Source: Octopus vulgaris
Taxonomy: Eukaryota
DNA length: 64,000 nucleotides
Direction of reading: 5' to 3'
NCBI GenBank assembly: GCA_951406725.2
Contig: OX597824.1
Span: 50,282,001-50,346,000, forward strand
Each line of letters starts with the position of its first letter. Position 1 is the stretch's first letter. Position numbers and translations under genes: made by a program. This document shows, piece after piece, positions 1 through 13,068 of the stretch. Under the pieces are notes generated by a model, which was not told where the DNA came from, searched no databases, and saw only the letters and a program-made list of their open reading frames with translations.

Positions 1-1338
1 TGAAGTTTATTGCCCGGGGTGTCGGATATGCAAAGATTTAGTTGCTATTTGACACCCCGAATGCGAGCCAGCCCCTGGAGGGCAATAAAATTTTGTTTCC
101 TCCCACCTATTGATGGAGGAAACTGATGCGGGCTTGGGTTTGCAGGTTCCCACCGAATTTAAAACCAGGCTGGATAGAGGACACTATCCGCCGGGGTTTG
201 GGTGGTAGCGGCGCCAAGCTCCTTAATGTTAAATTATTACCAGTGGCTGATTGGTTTGGGTCAAAAGTTACTTTGACCCTGTGGACCCAATCAGGAAAGG
301 AGTTAGTCTTTCCGGACTTTTAAACTGTGGCTGGGAGTAGGTGCCCGGTGATTCTTAAGGGTCGCCCTCCAAGTGTCGCCGGTTTCTGGAACCTGGCCAT
401 TTAAAAAAGAACTGCCCCAGAACCAAAGTTGGTTGAGACCTCTGTAGAAGAGGGAACGGAGGCAGTTGAGGAGGTGGAGGACTCCTCAAAGAAAGGCCGC
501 AAGAGGAAGAAGGTGAGCAACAATGGGTGCTCAACGAAGGATCCGAGGGAGGAGAGGCGGATCTCCCAGTCACAGAGGAAACCCACCCTTCTTAGTTAAG
601 AGAAAAAAGAGGAAGAAAAGTGAAACGGGACATTATCGGCAGTTGGTAACACAATACCGAAATGTCCCGGAACTTCGTCGGTGGGAATCGTGCAACCGAC
701 AGGTGAAGAGCAATCGTCGGTGGGAATTGTGCCACCGACGGTGGAAGTGACTACCTCATCCTTTGAAGAAGAAGAATTACTTGTCTTCTTCTACAGGGGC
801 AGAGAGGTGGAAGTGTTGGAGAAGCACCACGAGGGAGCAATTATGACCTGCACAGGGGGATCCCGAATGGCCTCCGTAGATAGCCGTGGAGGTCATAACG
901 TTGCCCGTGTTGCAAAGGCTGAAGAAACTCAATGAAGAATATCGCTTGTAGCCGGGCGGCCCCAACACGTCACCCGCTTTGTGCTTGAGTGAGGCATGGG
1001 AAATGGCGGGGTATGGGGTCACAAGCGATACTGAAGACGACTATGGGTAAGCGGTTGGAAAGCCTCGATATTGTGAACTGATAAGAGGTTTGAAAACTCA
1101 TTCTGTTTTTAACCAAGGTACGGGCCATAGTGCCTCATTTTTGTGTTTTAATGAACAATTATGAACAATTGTAAGAGGTATGATAAATAAGAGAATAATG
1201 TTTTCGGGAAACAACAATCGGCTGGCGTTGTCTATCATTTTTCTCTTTTCATCTCATATAACATTATGTCTGTGTCCAGCTCGCAGCTTCCTTCTTTCTC
1301 TATGTAAGGCCATCATAGCCAATTTAATAAAATAAAAA
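1..1338 (+). mobile_element. ORF1-only non-LTR retroelement, copy 1 (5' end lies outside the window; ORF degraded)
   Basis: Homologous to 54325-56565: RAWVCRFPP...LWTQS vs KAWICGLPP...LWTQS gives 37/55 aa identical. Degenerate knuckle KCRRFLEPGHLKKNCP at ~371-418. 3' UTR ends AATAAAATAAAAA and joins AGCTTGCTTAC of a SINE at 1339. Confidence 0.85.
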
Positions 1339-1722
1339 AGCTTGCTTACTAATCACATGATTCCTGGTTCAGTCCCATTGTGTGGCACCTTGAGCAAGTG
1401 TCTTCTACTATAGCCTGAGGCTGACCAAAGCCTTGTGAGTGGATTTGGTAGACGGAAACTGAAAGAAGCCTGACGTGTATATATATATATATGTGTGTGT
1501 GTGTGTATGTGTGTCTATGGTTATCCCCTCCCACCTCCGCTTTGACAACTGCTGTTGGTGTGTTTATATCCCCGTAACCTAGCGGTTCTACAAAGAGATC
1601 GATAGAATAAATACCAGGCTCTAAAAAACAAAAAAAGAACTGGGGGCGATTCACTCGACTAAAATTCTTCAAGGCAGTGCCCCAACATGGCCGCAGTTTA
1701 ATGACTGAAGCAAATAAAAGAT
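1339..1722 (+). mobile_element. tRNA-derived SINE family A, 3' part downstream of the ORF1-element insertion
   Basis: Contains B-box-like GGTTCAGTCCC, ACCTTGAGCAAGTGTCTTC and tail GGCAGTGCCCCAACATGGCCGCAG...GAAGCAAATAAAAGA. Matches copies at 56566, 59440 and 38130. Confidence 0.85.
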
Positions 1723-1894
1723 GATATAAATCATGATCGATATATTGGTTATTGATCCTTTGGTCTTCGTATAACATTGCTATACAGGGAACAAAATTTG
1801 GATTTAAAAAAAATAAAAAGGAATTAAAATGAGAATGGAAACCGCGTTGAAATCTCAGTTTGCCTGCGTAGCAATTGTGTGAGACAAACATAAA

Positions 1895-2170
1895 CATGGC
1901 TGTGTGGGTGAGAAGTTCGATTCGTAACCACTTGGTTCTAGGTTCGGTCCTACTGCGTGACATCTTGGGCAAGCATTGTCACTATAGCCACAAGCCGACC
2001 AATGCCCTGTAAGTGGATATGGTAGACGGAAACTGTATGGAAGCCCAATGTGCGTGTGTGGGAGACTTTTTGTTTTTGTTCGACCCCTCCTCTCACCACT
2101 CCACAACCTGTGTCGATATATTTATGTCCCTTATTTACTAACTTAGCGGTTCAACAAATAAAATACATAG
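1895..2170 (+). mobile_element. SINE family A, degenerate copy
   Basis: TGGCTGTGTGG head, CTTGGGCAAG and GGTAGACGGAAACTG are shared with the other copies. Confidence 0.7.
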
Positions 2171-2189
2171 TAGACTTATACATATTGAT

Positions 2190-2390
2190 TTCAAGTTTTG
2201 GCACATGGCTAGCAATTTCGGGAAAAGGGTAGTCGATTACATCGACCCCAGTACTCAACTGGTACTTTTTTTATCGACTCTGAAAGGGTAAAAGGCAAAG
2301 TCGACCTCGGCGGAATTTGAACTCAGAACGTAGCGGCAGACGAAATGCCGCTAAACATTTTACCCGGTGTGCTATGCCAGCTCATCGCTT
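2190..2390 (-). mobile_element. tRNA-derived SINE family B
   Basis: Reverse of GAGTTCAAATTCCGCCGAGGTCGACTTTGCCTTT...AAGTACCAGT. About 10 copies occur in the window. Confidence 0.8.
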
Positions 2391-2758
2391 TAGACTTATA
2401 ATACATATTGGTGATCGATTTGTTCCCTTGATTCCTCCAAGGCGGTACTCCAACTTGGGCTGTGAGTAGAAGGCTACATATAATCTATTAAAATAATAAT
2501 CAATAATCAATCAGAACATGTGATTTCTCCTACTTTATACTCTGGTTATCAATTGTTTTTCCCATTGGCGTCACGTGTGAACTTTAGTGGAGCTGGAACA
2601 TTCAGTCAATGGAACTATTTGCGTATTTTATCGTTGTTACACCTTCACCACTCAGCTCTATCACCCAGCATCCACTCGAGCTCCCATACAACACATACCA
2701 CCACCAGCATCACTGGTCAAGGTGGGTTAAACGACAACTTATGAGAAGTTAGCAATGA

Positions 2759-3247
2759 TGTTTCCGAGGAACAAGCAACCATAATACTGTTCTGAGTAGC
2801 CAGCACCCATAATGTTTCTGAGAAGGCAGTATTCGTAATAATGTCCCTAGGTAACCAATACCGGTAATGCAGTTTCTGAGCAGCTAGCATCCATAATAAT
2901 ATGTCTGAGTAGCTAGTACCCGTTATGCTGTTTCTGAGTTGCCAACATCTTTAATACTGTTTGTAACCAGTACCAAGAATAATATTTCAGAGTATCCAAC
3001 ACTCGTAATGCTATTACTGTGCAGTCAGCACCCGTAATAAGTTTTCTGAATACCCAGTACCCTTAATGCTATTTCTTAGTAACATCCGTAATGTTATATC
3101 TGTATAGCTAGCACCTATAGTAATTTTTCTGAATAGATAACACACTTAATGAGGTTTCTGAATAGCCAGCACTCGTAAGGATGTCTCCGAGTAGTCGACA
3201 TCTGAAATAATGCTTCTGGGTAACCAGCATCCGTAATAAGGTTTCCA
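2759..3247. repeat. Degenerate 29-bp minisatellite, ~17 units (consensus ~TGTTTCTGAGTAGCCAGCACCCGTAATAA)
   Basis: TTCTGAG...CAGCAC...TAAT recurs with a 29-nt period and no unique spacers. Confidence 0.85.
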
Positions 3248-3550
3248 TGAAATTATGGGCCGAAATATATATGAAGAGTGGTAATAATATTATCTGTTAT
3301 ACCTATTAAACTATTACTTTCCATCTTTTCAGGAAATTTACTAGAATTAAAGTATGTAATGGTATATTCTAAGGATTATGGTGCTATACGCAGTAATGAA
3401 TCGTAGGGGATGCAATTGGAGGCAATGAAAAGTATTGAATATAATCTGTGCATGGAATATCTAGGAAAGGAAACACACCGACGTTATGTATGACTAGAGA
3501 TCAGTGGGTGTATTAATTGGTAGTATTATTAGGGCAGTGGATAGATAATT

Positions 3551-3967
3551 CCTATTTCTTTACTGCCCACAAGGGGCTAAACACAGAGGAGACAAACAAG
3601 GACAGACAAACGGATTAAGTCGATTATATCTACCCCAGTGCGTAACTGGTACTTAATTTATCGACCCCGAAAGGATGAAAGGCAAAGTCGACCTCGGCGG
3701 AATTTGAACTCGGAACGTAGCGGTAGACGAAATACCTATTTCTTTACTACCCACAAGGGGCTAAACACAGAGGAGACAAACAAGGACAGACAAACGGATT
3801 AAGTCGATTATATCTACCCCAGTGCGTAACTGGTACTTAATTTATCGACCCCGAAAGGATGAAAGGCAAAGTCGATCTCAGCGGAATTTGAACTCAGAAC
3901 GTAACGGCAGACGAAATACGGCTACGCATTTCGCCCAGCGTGTTAACGTTTCTGCCAGCTCGCTTCC
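3551..3967 (-). mobile_element. SINE family B head-to-tail dimer (184-bp duplicated unit)
   Basis: 3551-3734 is nearly identical to 3735-3918. Only the right-hand copy continues into the head (GCGAGCTGGCAGAAACG). Confidence 0.9.
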
Positions 3968-4702
3968 CTTTCACGCAGTTTCTCTCAACTCAATTTCATT
4001 CACAACACGAGGGTTACCTCAAGGCTATAGAAAATGACATTTGATCAAGAGGATACGCTGTGGGATCGAACCCAGATCACGTGGTTGTGAAGAGAACAAA
4101 AACATCTGCAATTACAACTAAACAAGGCGAACAAGAACAGCGTGACAGCAGCCGTGACAACAACAGCAACAGCGATAACACCACCACCACCACCACCACC
4201 AACAATTACTACTGGCATAATGGATTTTTTTTTATCGACATACAAGTGTCTACTTTTGTTAGGACAGAATATGTTCGGTTGAATGACTTCAAATAGACTG
4301 TTGCAATTGATTTCGTCGATTTTGGAGTGACGAATATCAACACTGACTCTGCAAGGTTGTGAACGTAACACTGCGTAGATGGTCATTCAGTGTCCCAAAG
4401 CCATCAAGGGATTTAAGTATTTTGTGTATGGAAGTTTTTCTGTTAATATGCTAATAGTGTGCCACGGTACAGTTGATAAGAGTCCTTTTCAGCAGAATAG
4501 ACTGGAACAACATGAAATGATTCTTGCTCAAGGATACTAAGTGCCAACCGGCCAAGGAATCGAACCGGTGACCTAATGGATGGACTCAGTCAACCACAAG
4601 GTCACGCAACATCACAGTATGTTGACGAACGAATTTATGTACTGTAATTCGTTTTGGTCAGCGCTCCAGAATGTTTTAATAAGTAGACAACTGAAATAGA
4701 AG
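3968..4702 (+). repeat. Local duplication, copy A (copy B at 30597-31966)
   Basis: Collinear near-identity from CTTTCACGCAGTTTCT to AAGTAGACAACTGAAATAGAAG. Confidence 0.9.
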
Positions 4703-5189
4703 TTCAAATCTTAGCAAGATAAACTTTGTTTATTTTCCCTGAATATATATAAATAAAATAAGGAAGGGTCGACTTGGGACAATTTTTCTCTTCTTTCCTA
4801 TTTTTTTTCACACTCCCAGAATCTGCTTCACTGCATTCTGAAAGCTACTGTGATAGTGCCGTGACCCCTACAGTTTTGCCTCGAAGACTAGTGTCACAAA
4901 AATCGTTACAAGAAGAGAGGGTTACAAGAAGTGACAGAATAATGTCTTTTATTGGTTGTGTTTATGGCTGTGTAGTTAATTCTTTTGGTTCGCGTTGGAT
5001 CGTGGGAACTGACTGTTGTGCGTATAAATTAGGTTGTGCTCGTGCTTGTTATAGTAATGTCTTTAACAATGATGATGGTGGTCATTGGAATGATAGTGCT
5101 GATAGTACTGGGTTTTCGTTGCTCGAAAGCATTTCCACCTGCTAGTTTTGTTTTTGTTTGTATTGGTATTGATTTTCTTTTTCTTTTCT

Positions 5190-6230
5190 TTACATTGGTA
5201 ACATTTTACTATTTATGCTCCTCGCCGTCACATTCGACACATCACATATCTGAGTGGTCCCAAGTGAGGATAGGTGTATCTTGGGTGGCGGGGGTGATTA
5301 TCTTTTTATATTTTGTTCTTGTTCAGAGTTTTTCAGTTGCCGTTGTTGGCGACATGGTAGCTCTTGAGGGTGGTATTTCTTTTGTTGTTTTTGTTGCTGT
5401 TGTTACCACTCTTGGCGTTGTAGTGTTGTTACTGTAGGTGCTGCTTCTTGTCTTGTAGCTGGTGTTGCAGTCACTGTTGCTAAAGTTGCAAGCCATTGTT
5501 CTAGCTGCTGAAGTTGTAATTTGTTTGTGTAGTTGTTGCTGGTTTTGAATCTGTGTTTTGTCATTGGGGAGGTTTTCTTTTGGCTGTAATTTTATTATTG
5601 TTGTTGGAGGGAAATAGCTTTGACGTGATAAGTTTTTCGGTAGTCGTTGAATCAATGTCCTCTATTTTCCACTCCCACCTGCCGCTCTCGTGGGATCTCT
5701 ATTATCCCCAATTTCATCCAAGCTTTCTTTTCGAAATCTTCTTTCTAGTAACGTACTAAAGTCTTCCAAAACCACATATTTAACCAAAAGCCTAGTTCTT
5801 GAGGTATGTTTAAGTTTTCATTTGGATCATTCTCCGCCCTAGGAAACTGGCATCAATAAGAAATCTACAGTTATATCTTGGACGGTGGAATGCGTCTGGG
5901 CTAGGATTTCCAAGTGTAAAAATAACTCGGACATATCCGAAATTATGGGCATATCATGCAGAATTAATGACTTGTCATACGTTTCTTAAAAAGAATTCAA
6001 CTTTTTCTGAAAGTATACACTCTAATTTGCTTCTGTCCATTGATAAGCATCTACACAGAATTATTTTCCTTTCTGTTTGGTCTAAAATCGTGTTGTGGTA
6101 TATTGAGCACAACCTTTCTCTTTTCTAGTCTCTTGGTATATTTCTCTCCTTCTTCGAAATATTCATGCCTTATTACCTAGGGATATGAGATCGAAAACGT
6201 TAGTGTTCTTGGCAAGAGAAATATTTTAGC
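5190..6230 (-). pseudogene. Highly degraded gag/ORF1-like relic, distantly related to the 54943 ORF
   Basis: Manual minus-strand translation across stops and frameshifts gives VVLNIPQ..DQTERKIILCRCLSMDRSKL, FLLMP.FLGRRMIQMK, and a degenerate knuckle CVECDGEEHK at ~5205-5240. Confidence 0.5.
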
Positions 6231-6894
6231 TATGTTTTAACCGCTGCCAGTGTTGTTAGAATCATTGTTGTCGATGCTGTTACTGCTTCTCATTGGAGTG
6301 ATGGTTGTCGTTGTGTTGCTACTGTTTGATGCCATAGCGTTGGCATTGCACGACGTTTTAATGCTGGTGATTTTGTGAGCTTCGTTGACGTGTCAGTGTT
6401 CATTCTGCTGCCACCGTTGTTATTGTTATAGTTGTTGCTATTATTGTTGTTGTTACTATTGTAGTTGCTACTGCTACGACTTTTAAATACGACTACGACT
6501 GATGTATTTTGTAGTCGGGGGTAACTGAGAAATATGGTTTTACCTTTGAAATCACTTCCCATCTTCATCTCTTGCTGGCTGATCGACATAGACGACACCA
6601 ACTTGAAAATTTTTCACACTTAGAAAATTTTCTCGTCTTCATAATTTTATTTCGTATGGTAAGTAAAAAAGACGAGACCTTTATGGTTCCGGCCAACTAA
6701 GAAACAATTTAGAATAAAAACAGCAAAAACTGAATTCTATAAAGGAAAACAATGCACAAACGCACATAGTTGACAAAACACCTTCAGCTTCGGCGATAAT
6801 CAACATAATGACCACCTCCACCACCACCACCAACATCATCATCATCATCATCACCACCACCACCACTATCATCATCATGAACAACAACAAAGCC

Positions 6895-7100
6895 TTCAAT
6901 TTCAACACAAGGCCAGTAATTTCAAAGGAAGGATAGGTCGATTAGATCGAGCCCATTGTTCGACTTGTACCTATTTTATCGACCTAGAAAAGATGAACGA
7001 CGAAATCGACCCCATCGGAATTTGAACTCAGAAAGTGCAAATGGACGAAATACCACTGCAAATATTTTTCGGCGTGCAAAGAATTCTACCAACTCGAAAC
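6895..7100 (-). mobile_element. SINE family B, degenerate
   Basis: GGAATTTGAACTCAGAA and GAAATACC motifs are present. Confidence 0.7.
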
Positions 7101-7349
7101 ATTGAATAATAATAAGAACAACAACAATAATCCTGATACATACATTCATAAACATACACGTGCACATATAGGTGCATATATGATGGAGCTCTTCCGGTAA
7201 TTCGAGGCATAGGGGTCCAACCGTTCAGTCGAATGCCCTGTATTGATGTCTAAAGGAAGGCATCAGAAAAGTTTTCGATTTACAAAAATAAAAATAAAAA
7301 TAAAAAACTCTTTCTTCTATCATCAAGCGTTCTTTTGCTTTTTCCACAT

Positions 7350-7740
<391 letters not shown>

Positions 7741-9319
7741 TGTTTGTCCGTCCCCCTGTCCGTCCGTCTGTCCGCCTGCTTGTCTGCCTGCCTGTCTGTC
7801 TGTCTATACGGACACACACGTAAACAAGCGCGCGCGTGCGCGTGAACATGATTTGGTGTTAAAGTGCATCTTTGTAGTGAATGCATATTTTGTTTACAGG
7901 GAGCTCGGCGGGATGGGTGTGTGTGTGTTTTTCTCGTGTACAGATGGGTCAATATGTTTATGTGTGCGAACGCAATCTTGTGTCTGTGTATGTGTTTGTG
8001 TGCGTGAGTGTTTTTGTTTGTGTGTGTGTATGTGTGTATGTGCGTGTGTGTGTACGCGTACATTTATAATATACGCTACGTGAATACGAACGCAGGTCGT
8101 CTTCTGCGACCACAAAAGCCGTAGACAAATCCAATTGTTTACACCATTATATTAACAAGGCATGTAATTAATTTCATCAATAACAACCTTGGCTCGTGTT
8201 TTTAAAATATGTTGCGCCTTGCCTCGTTCTGCATTGCATTGCTTGCACGAACCCCCAAACCGTTGTGTGTTGGTTAGCAATCAGTAATGAATGGGACCCA
8301 AACGGTTTGGGGGATAGGAGCGGTGAGGGAAGAATGACTTTTAATCTGTTGACTGATTAACTCCCTGGCCGATATTCTGTCTAACTGACTGACTGACTGT
8401 GACTGACTGTGAGTGACTTAATAACCCATCCCGTACCTTTCGCCACCATTTGTTCGGTTTCCACACATGAACACCGCACAAAACACGCTGCGTCAAAGGC
8501 TACCACCACCACCACCACCACCACCACCACCACCACCACCACCACTACCACCACCGCCATCGCCACTGCCACCTGCGCCGCCACCACCACCGCCATCACT
8601 GCAATTCAAAAGCCATAATTCTCCCCACTCATACATATACTCAAATATGCAGGTACACGCATGCGTACGTACATACATACATGTGTACATGCAAACATAT
8701 GCATACACATATATAGACTCACACATACATCAAACATACACATACGCATATACATACACATACACATTCATATATAGATAAACAAATATATATATACACA
8801 CACATACATACATGCATATACACATACATACACACATACATTACACATATGCACACATATACATGCATACACATGCACATACACATACACACATGCATAC
8901 ACGCATACATACAAACACACACACACACACATACACCGATACATACACACACATGCATGCATCCCTCCATCCATTCATCCATTGGTTCAGCCATCCCTCC
9001 ATCCACACATCCAACGCCACCGAAAATTTAGTGAGGCAGAAGAAATGGCGCACTACATGTGAACAAGTCTGTAGGGCATTTGTTAATATTTCCGGGAGCC
9101 TAGGCAATAGACTACACTATGTAAGCCTTGTGTCAACTGGACCCGCCTTTGTGATGTAAGGGGTCAGACATTGTTCAACAGCTCGAGGCAATCGGCTGCG
9201 TGTTGCTGCTGCCGCTGTTGTTGGTGTTGTTGTTGTTGATAGCTTTATTTATCCTGCCCCCTCTCCTCCACCGCATACATCTTTGTCATTACAGCAGCGT
9301 TAGAGGTATTTAAAAAAAA

Positions 9320-9324
9320 GAGAA

Positions 9325-9392
<68 letters not shown>

Positions 9393-10180
9393 GAAAGAGA
9401 AAAGGGGGGAGAAGCGGAGTGAGAGACGGGGAGAGACAGAAGAGGAAAGGCGGAGAAAGAGAAAAGGGGAGAGAGAGAAGGAAAGAAGGAGGAGAGAGAG
9501 GAGGGAGAGAGAAGAGGAGAGAGGAGAGGATAGAGTGAGAAGCGAGGAGAGAAAGAGAAGGGGAGAAAAAAAGAGACGAGAGAGGAGGAGAGAAGGAGGA
9601 GAGAGAGAGGAGGGAGAGAGAAGAGGAGAGAGGAGAGGAGAGAAAAGGGGGAGAGAAGAGGAGTGGAGACAGAAGGGGTGAGAGTAGACGTCATTAAGGT
9701 ATATAAAACATAGGACACTTCATTTATGAAGGAGAGAAGGGAATGAAGAGAAAGGAAGAGGGAGAGAGGGTGAGAGCGAGGAGAGAGGAGGGAGGATGGG
9801 AGAGGGAAGTGGAAGAGAGAGTGAAGAAAAGGAAAGAGAGAGAGGAGACTGAAAAAAAAGCGGAGTGGAGGGGAGAGAAAATAAAGGAGGATAGACATAG
9901 ACGGATGGAAGATAAAGAAAGAAGGAAGAGGGTTATAATGGTTAGATGGCGGGTGGTGAACGGTAAGAGGCAGGAAGCGGAGGCTGGGTGTGAAGATGGG
10001 GTGGAGAGGTTGGATTGGTCGAATAGGGTAACAAAACGGAAGAGTAAGGAAGAAATTTTAAAGAGAAAGTTATGTTATTGATACGGCATTATGGGAATAT
10101 TCAGAAAAATGGAGTTACAAAGAAAGTAATAAAAGGAAGGAAGGGCGAAGAGAAAGGAAGAAGGAGGAGGAAAAGAATAG
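9320..10180 (+). repeat. Purine-rich (GA/GGA) low-complexity tract
   Basis: Mostly A/G on the + strand, beginning with (GATA)n(GA)n. Confidence 0.85.
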
Positions 10181-10967
10181 ATTGTGTGTGTGAATGGCGG
10201 GGGTGGTAACGGTGGAGTGGTGTGGTGGTGATGGTGGTGATGGTGGTGGTGGTAGCGGTGGTTGTGGTGGTTGTGGTGGTGGTGGTGTTGGTGGTGACTA
10301 ATGTCTGTTATTGGGGAGGAGGTGATCAGAAAGGTGCATGGAGGTCAGAACTGGTGTGAAAGTTAACGGTTGTTAATGATGGGAAAATAATGAGATTATT
10401 AGCAACAACAACTACAACGACGACGAAGATTCTGGAATTGGGAAGCAAAACTCAATAAAAAAGAAGAAGGTAAAAAGAAAATCATAAGGGGAACAACAGC
10501 AGCGGTAGTAGCTGCATCAGCAGCAATAATAACAACAGTGACAAGAACAAGGACATAATCGATGAGAGCAGCAGCAAAGCAGCAGTAATAACATAAACAG
10601 CGACAACAACAATATGAACAACTCGAGACAAGAGCAACTATCACCTCCACCACCACCACCACCACCACCATCACCATCACCTTCACCATCACCGCCGTCA
10701 CAACAACAACAACAACGATAACAACAGTAAAAATAGCAACAACGAGTCAACGAATATGCCTTTATCTGGCTGCTCGATTTGCAAGTAATCGCAACCAAAT
10801 CTCCCTCAAATCTCACGCCATACCGTCTTAGAAAACGCCATATGTATTCAGCGATCCTGTGTTTCTATGCATAAGAACGGGATAGTCACAGTGGAATGCC
10901 TTTGATCATAAATTTTGCTCAGTTTTGGTAGACGTAGGGATAGACACCAATAACAACAACAGCAACA

Positions 10968-11178
10968 ATCCTTCTAATAAAGGCACAAAGCCTGAAATTT
11001 TGGGTGAGGAGACTAGTCGATTACATCGACCCCCAGTGTTTCACTGATACTTAATTTATCGACCCCCGAGAGGATGAAGGGCAAAGTAGACCTCAGCGGA
11101 ATTTGAACTCAGAGCGTGGCGACGTGCGAAATACCGCTAATCATTTCGCCTAGCGTGCTAATTCTGCCAGCTCACCCC
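10968..11178 (-). mobile_element. SINE family B
   Basis: Family motifs plus the tail CCAAAATTTCAGGCTTTGTGCC (sense). Confidence 0.8.
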
Positions 11179-11211
11179 TTTGTAATCAGCAATAATAATA
11201 ATAACAACAAT

Positions 11212-11585
11212 GCTCGTTTGCTTGCTTCATGCTCGATGGGGCTGGGGTCATCCCAGGTTAGTGGTCGGAGAGGTGTTATCCGTAGAGCCGATTAGGTTCA
11301 CCAGTGCCCTCCATCGTTGCCTTCTGCATCCTTCAATTTGACGTCGAGCTTCTGGAGATTTTCCTAATCACGGCCAGCCATCTGGTGCAGGGCCTGTCAC
11401 GAGGCCTCTTCCAGCCTACAGCTGCTGCGTCGAATGAGTGTAAAACTCTGGTAGGTTGATCTAGCCGGAGATTGAGGACATGTCCATACCTGCGCATGCG
11501 ATGGATAGCTACAAAGTAGGAGGTTGATGCGTGCGATTATCAAAATCCACATGCTCAACAATAAGCACAGAGCGTTCTGTCGCGA
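11212..11585 (-). mobile_element. 3' end of an RTE-like LINE
   Basis: Encodes the RYGHVL...AAAVGWKRPR.RP.TRW C-terminal motif. Same family as 21495-21790. Confidence 0.7.
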
Positions 11586-11885
11586 GTCTGATCCTGTTGC
11601 TACTATTTTAGCAGATGTTGTTGTTGATGATGATTCAGGTGTTGTTGCTACAGCTATTGTTGTTGAATTTCAATTGTTCCAAGTTAATCCTGAGTGGGCA
11701 CATCTATTTTCAAAGACGTTCCAGTCGAGAGCATCTTGTCTTTTATTGAAACATGATATATCTAGAACTTCATGATCTAATATGTCCCTATTTTATTCAG
11801 ATGTCAGGGTGTGATTCAAGGATGAAATGACTGCTATTTTTAGCAAGTCGAACTATCACACAGTTGCCTAGTTTAAAATATAGAT

Positions 11886-12113
11886 CAGTGGTTCCCAAAT
11901 TATAGGCCGCCACCCAAATGAAGTTGCAGTGTAATTCTGAAAGAACGATGACAATAAAATCTTTTAGTGTTGAAAAAATATATATAAGCATATGGAATAA
12001 TACAACAAATACTGCAAACAAAGACGGAGGAATAATTTCCCCCTAAAAATATGGAATGTTATGAGTTCAAAGGAGTGGAGAAGGATGCAATGTTAAACGA
12101 TTGGGAACCGATC
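11886..12113. mobile_element. Putative hAT-type MITE
   Basis: Terminal CAGTGGTTCCCAA and degenerate inverted TTGGGAACC. Confidence 0.45.
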
Positions 12114-12574
12114 ACATAGAAGTTGGGAACATAGAAATATGCCTTCTCTATAGTAAATTCGACTCCGAGGGTAGCCATCTTATTCTAAACCGTCAGATAC
12201 TTTGATAAATGGAATATGATATTGACGGTAAAGATTCATTTTGCAGAGACACAAATATTTTAGTTATTTCCTCATTTCCTCAATGTTTCGTGAGAGCAGG
12301 TGACGTGTTATATAAAGTATTGACTTCTAGAAGTGGGGCTTGTTTGGTCCGTTATGATGTTGCATTTCATAGAGAGTATTGTATTGAGCAAATGTAAAAA
12401 AACGTTCTGCCAATAATCGAAGTGAATTCTAAAATCGCATGATTCATATTATTAACGCTACAGCACTCACAGAGAAAGAACATAAAACGGATAAATACAA
12501 GGACGAAAAGAGAAACAAACTCGTACACACATACACACATATGCATGTATGTATGTGGCTTTACTTGGGTGCAC

Positions 12575-12612
<38 letters not shown>

Positions 12613-12620
<8 letters not shown>

Positions 12621-12920
12621 ATCACGTGACCGACCAGGCAATCAGATGTTGTTACACATCGCTGGTCACAATGCGTTCGCATTGTTTTAGCCTTCGAATG
12701 ACGCCACCCCGCTGGCTAAGCGAGCAGGCCAACAGAAGAAAGAGTGGGCGAAAGAGTGGTGAAAGAGTACAACAGGGATCACCCCCCCCCCCTTGCCGGA
12801 GCCTCGTGGAGCTTTTTAGGTGTTTTCGCTCAATAAACACTCACAACGCCCGGTCTGGGAATCGAAACCGCGATCCTGCGACCGCGAGTCCGCTGCCCTA
12901 ACCACTAGGCCATTGCGCCT

Positions 12921-12923
<3 letters not shown>
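12613..12923 (-). mobile_element. tRNA-Arg(TCG)-like SINE, family D, tail type 1
   Basis: Head TGGAGGCGCAATGGCCTAGTGGTTAGGGCAGCGGACTCGCGG...GTTTCGATTCCC carries A/B boxes. Ends in CACGTGATCACGTGAT. Confidence 0.85.
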
Positions 12924-12967
<44 letters not shown>

Positions 12968-13002
12968 CATACATATATATATACATATATGTCATATATA
13001 CA

Positions 13003-13068
<66 letters not shown>

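Noticed and set aside
2759-3247. Possible CRISPR-like array
   Set aside because: Units are contiguous with no unique spacers, are highly degenerate, and the context is eukaryotic with no cas genes.
12840-12923. Functional tRNA genes (also 30804, 46668, 57260)
   Set aside because: Acceptor stems do not close and each head runs into SINE body sequence, so these are tRNA-derived SINE heads.
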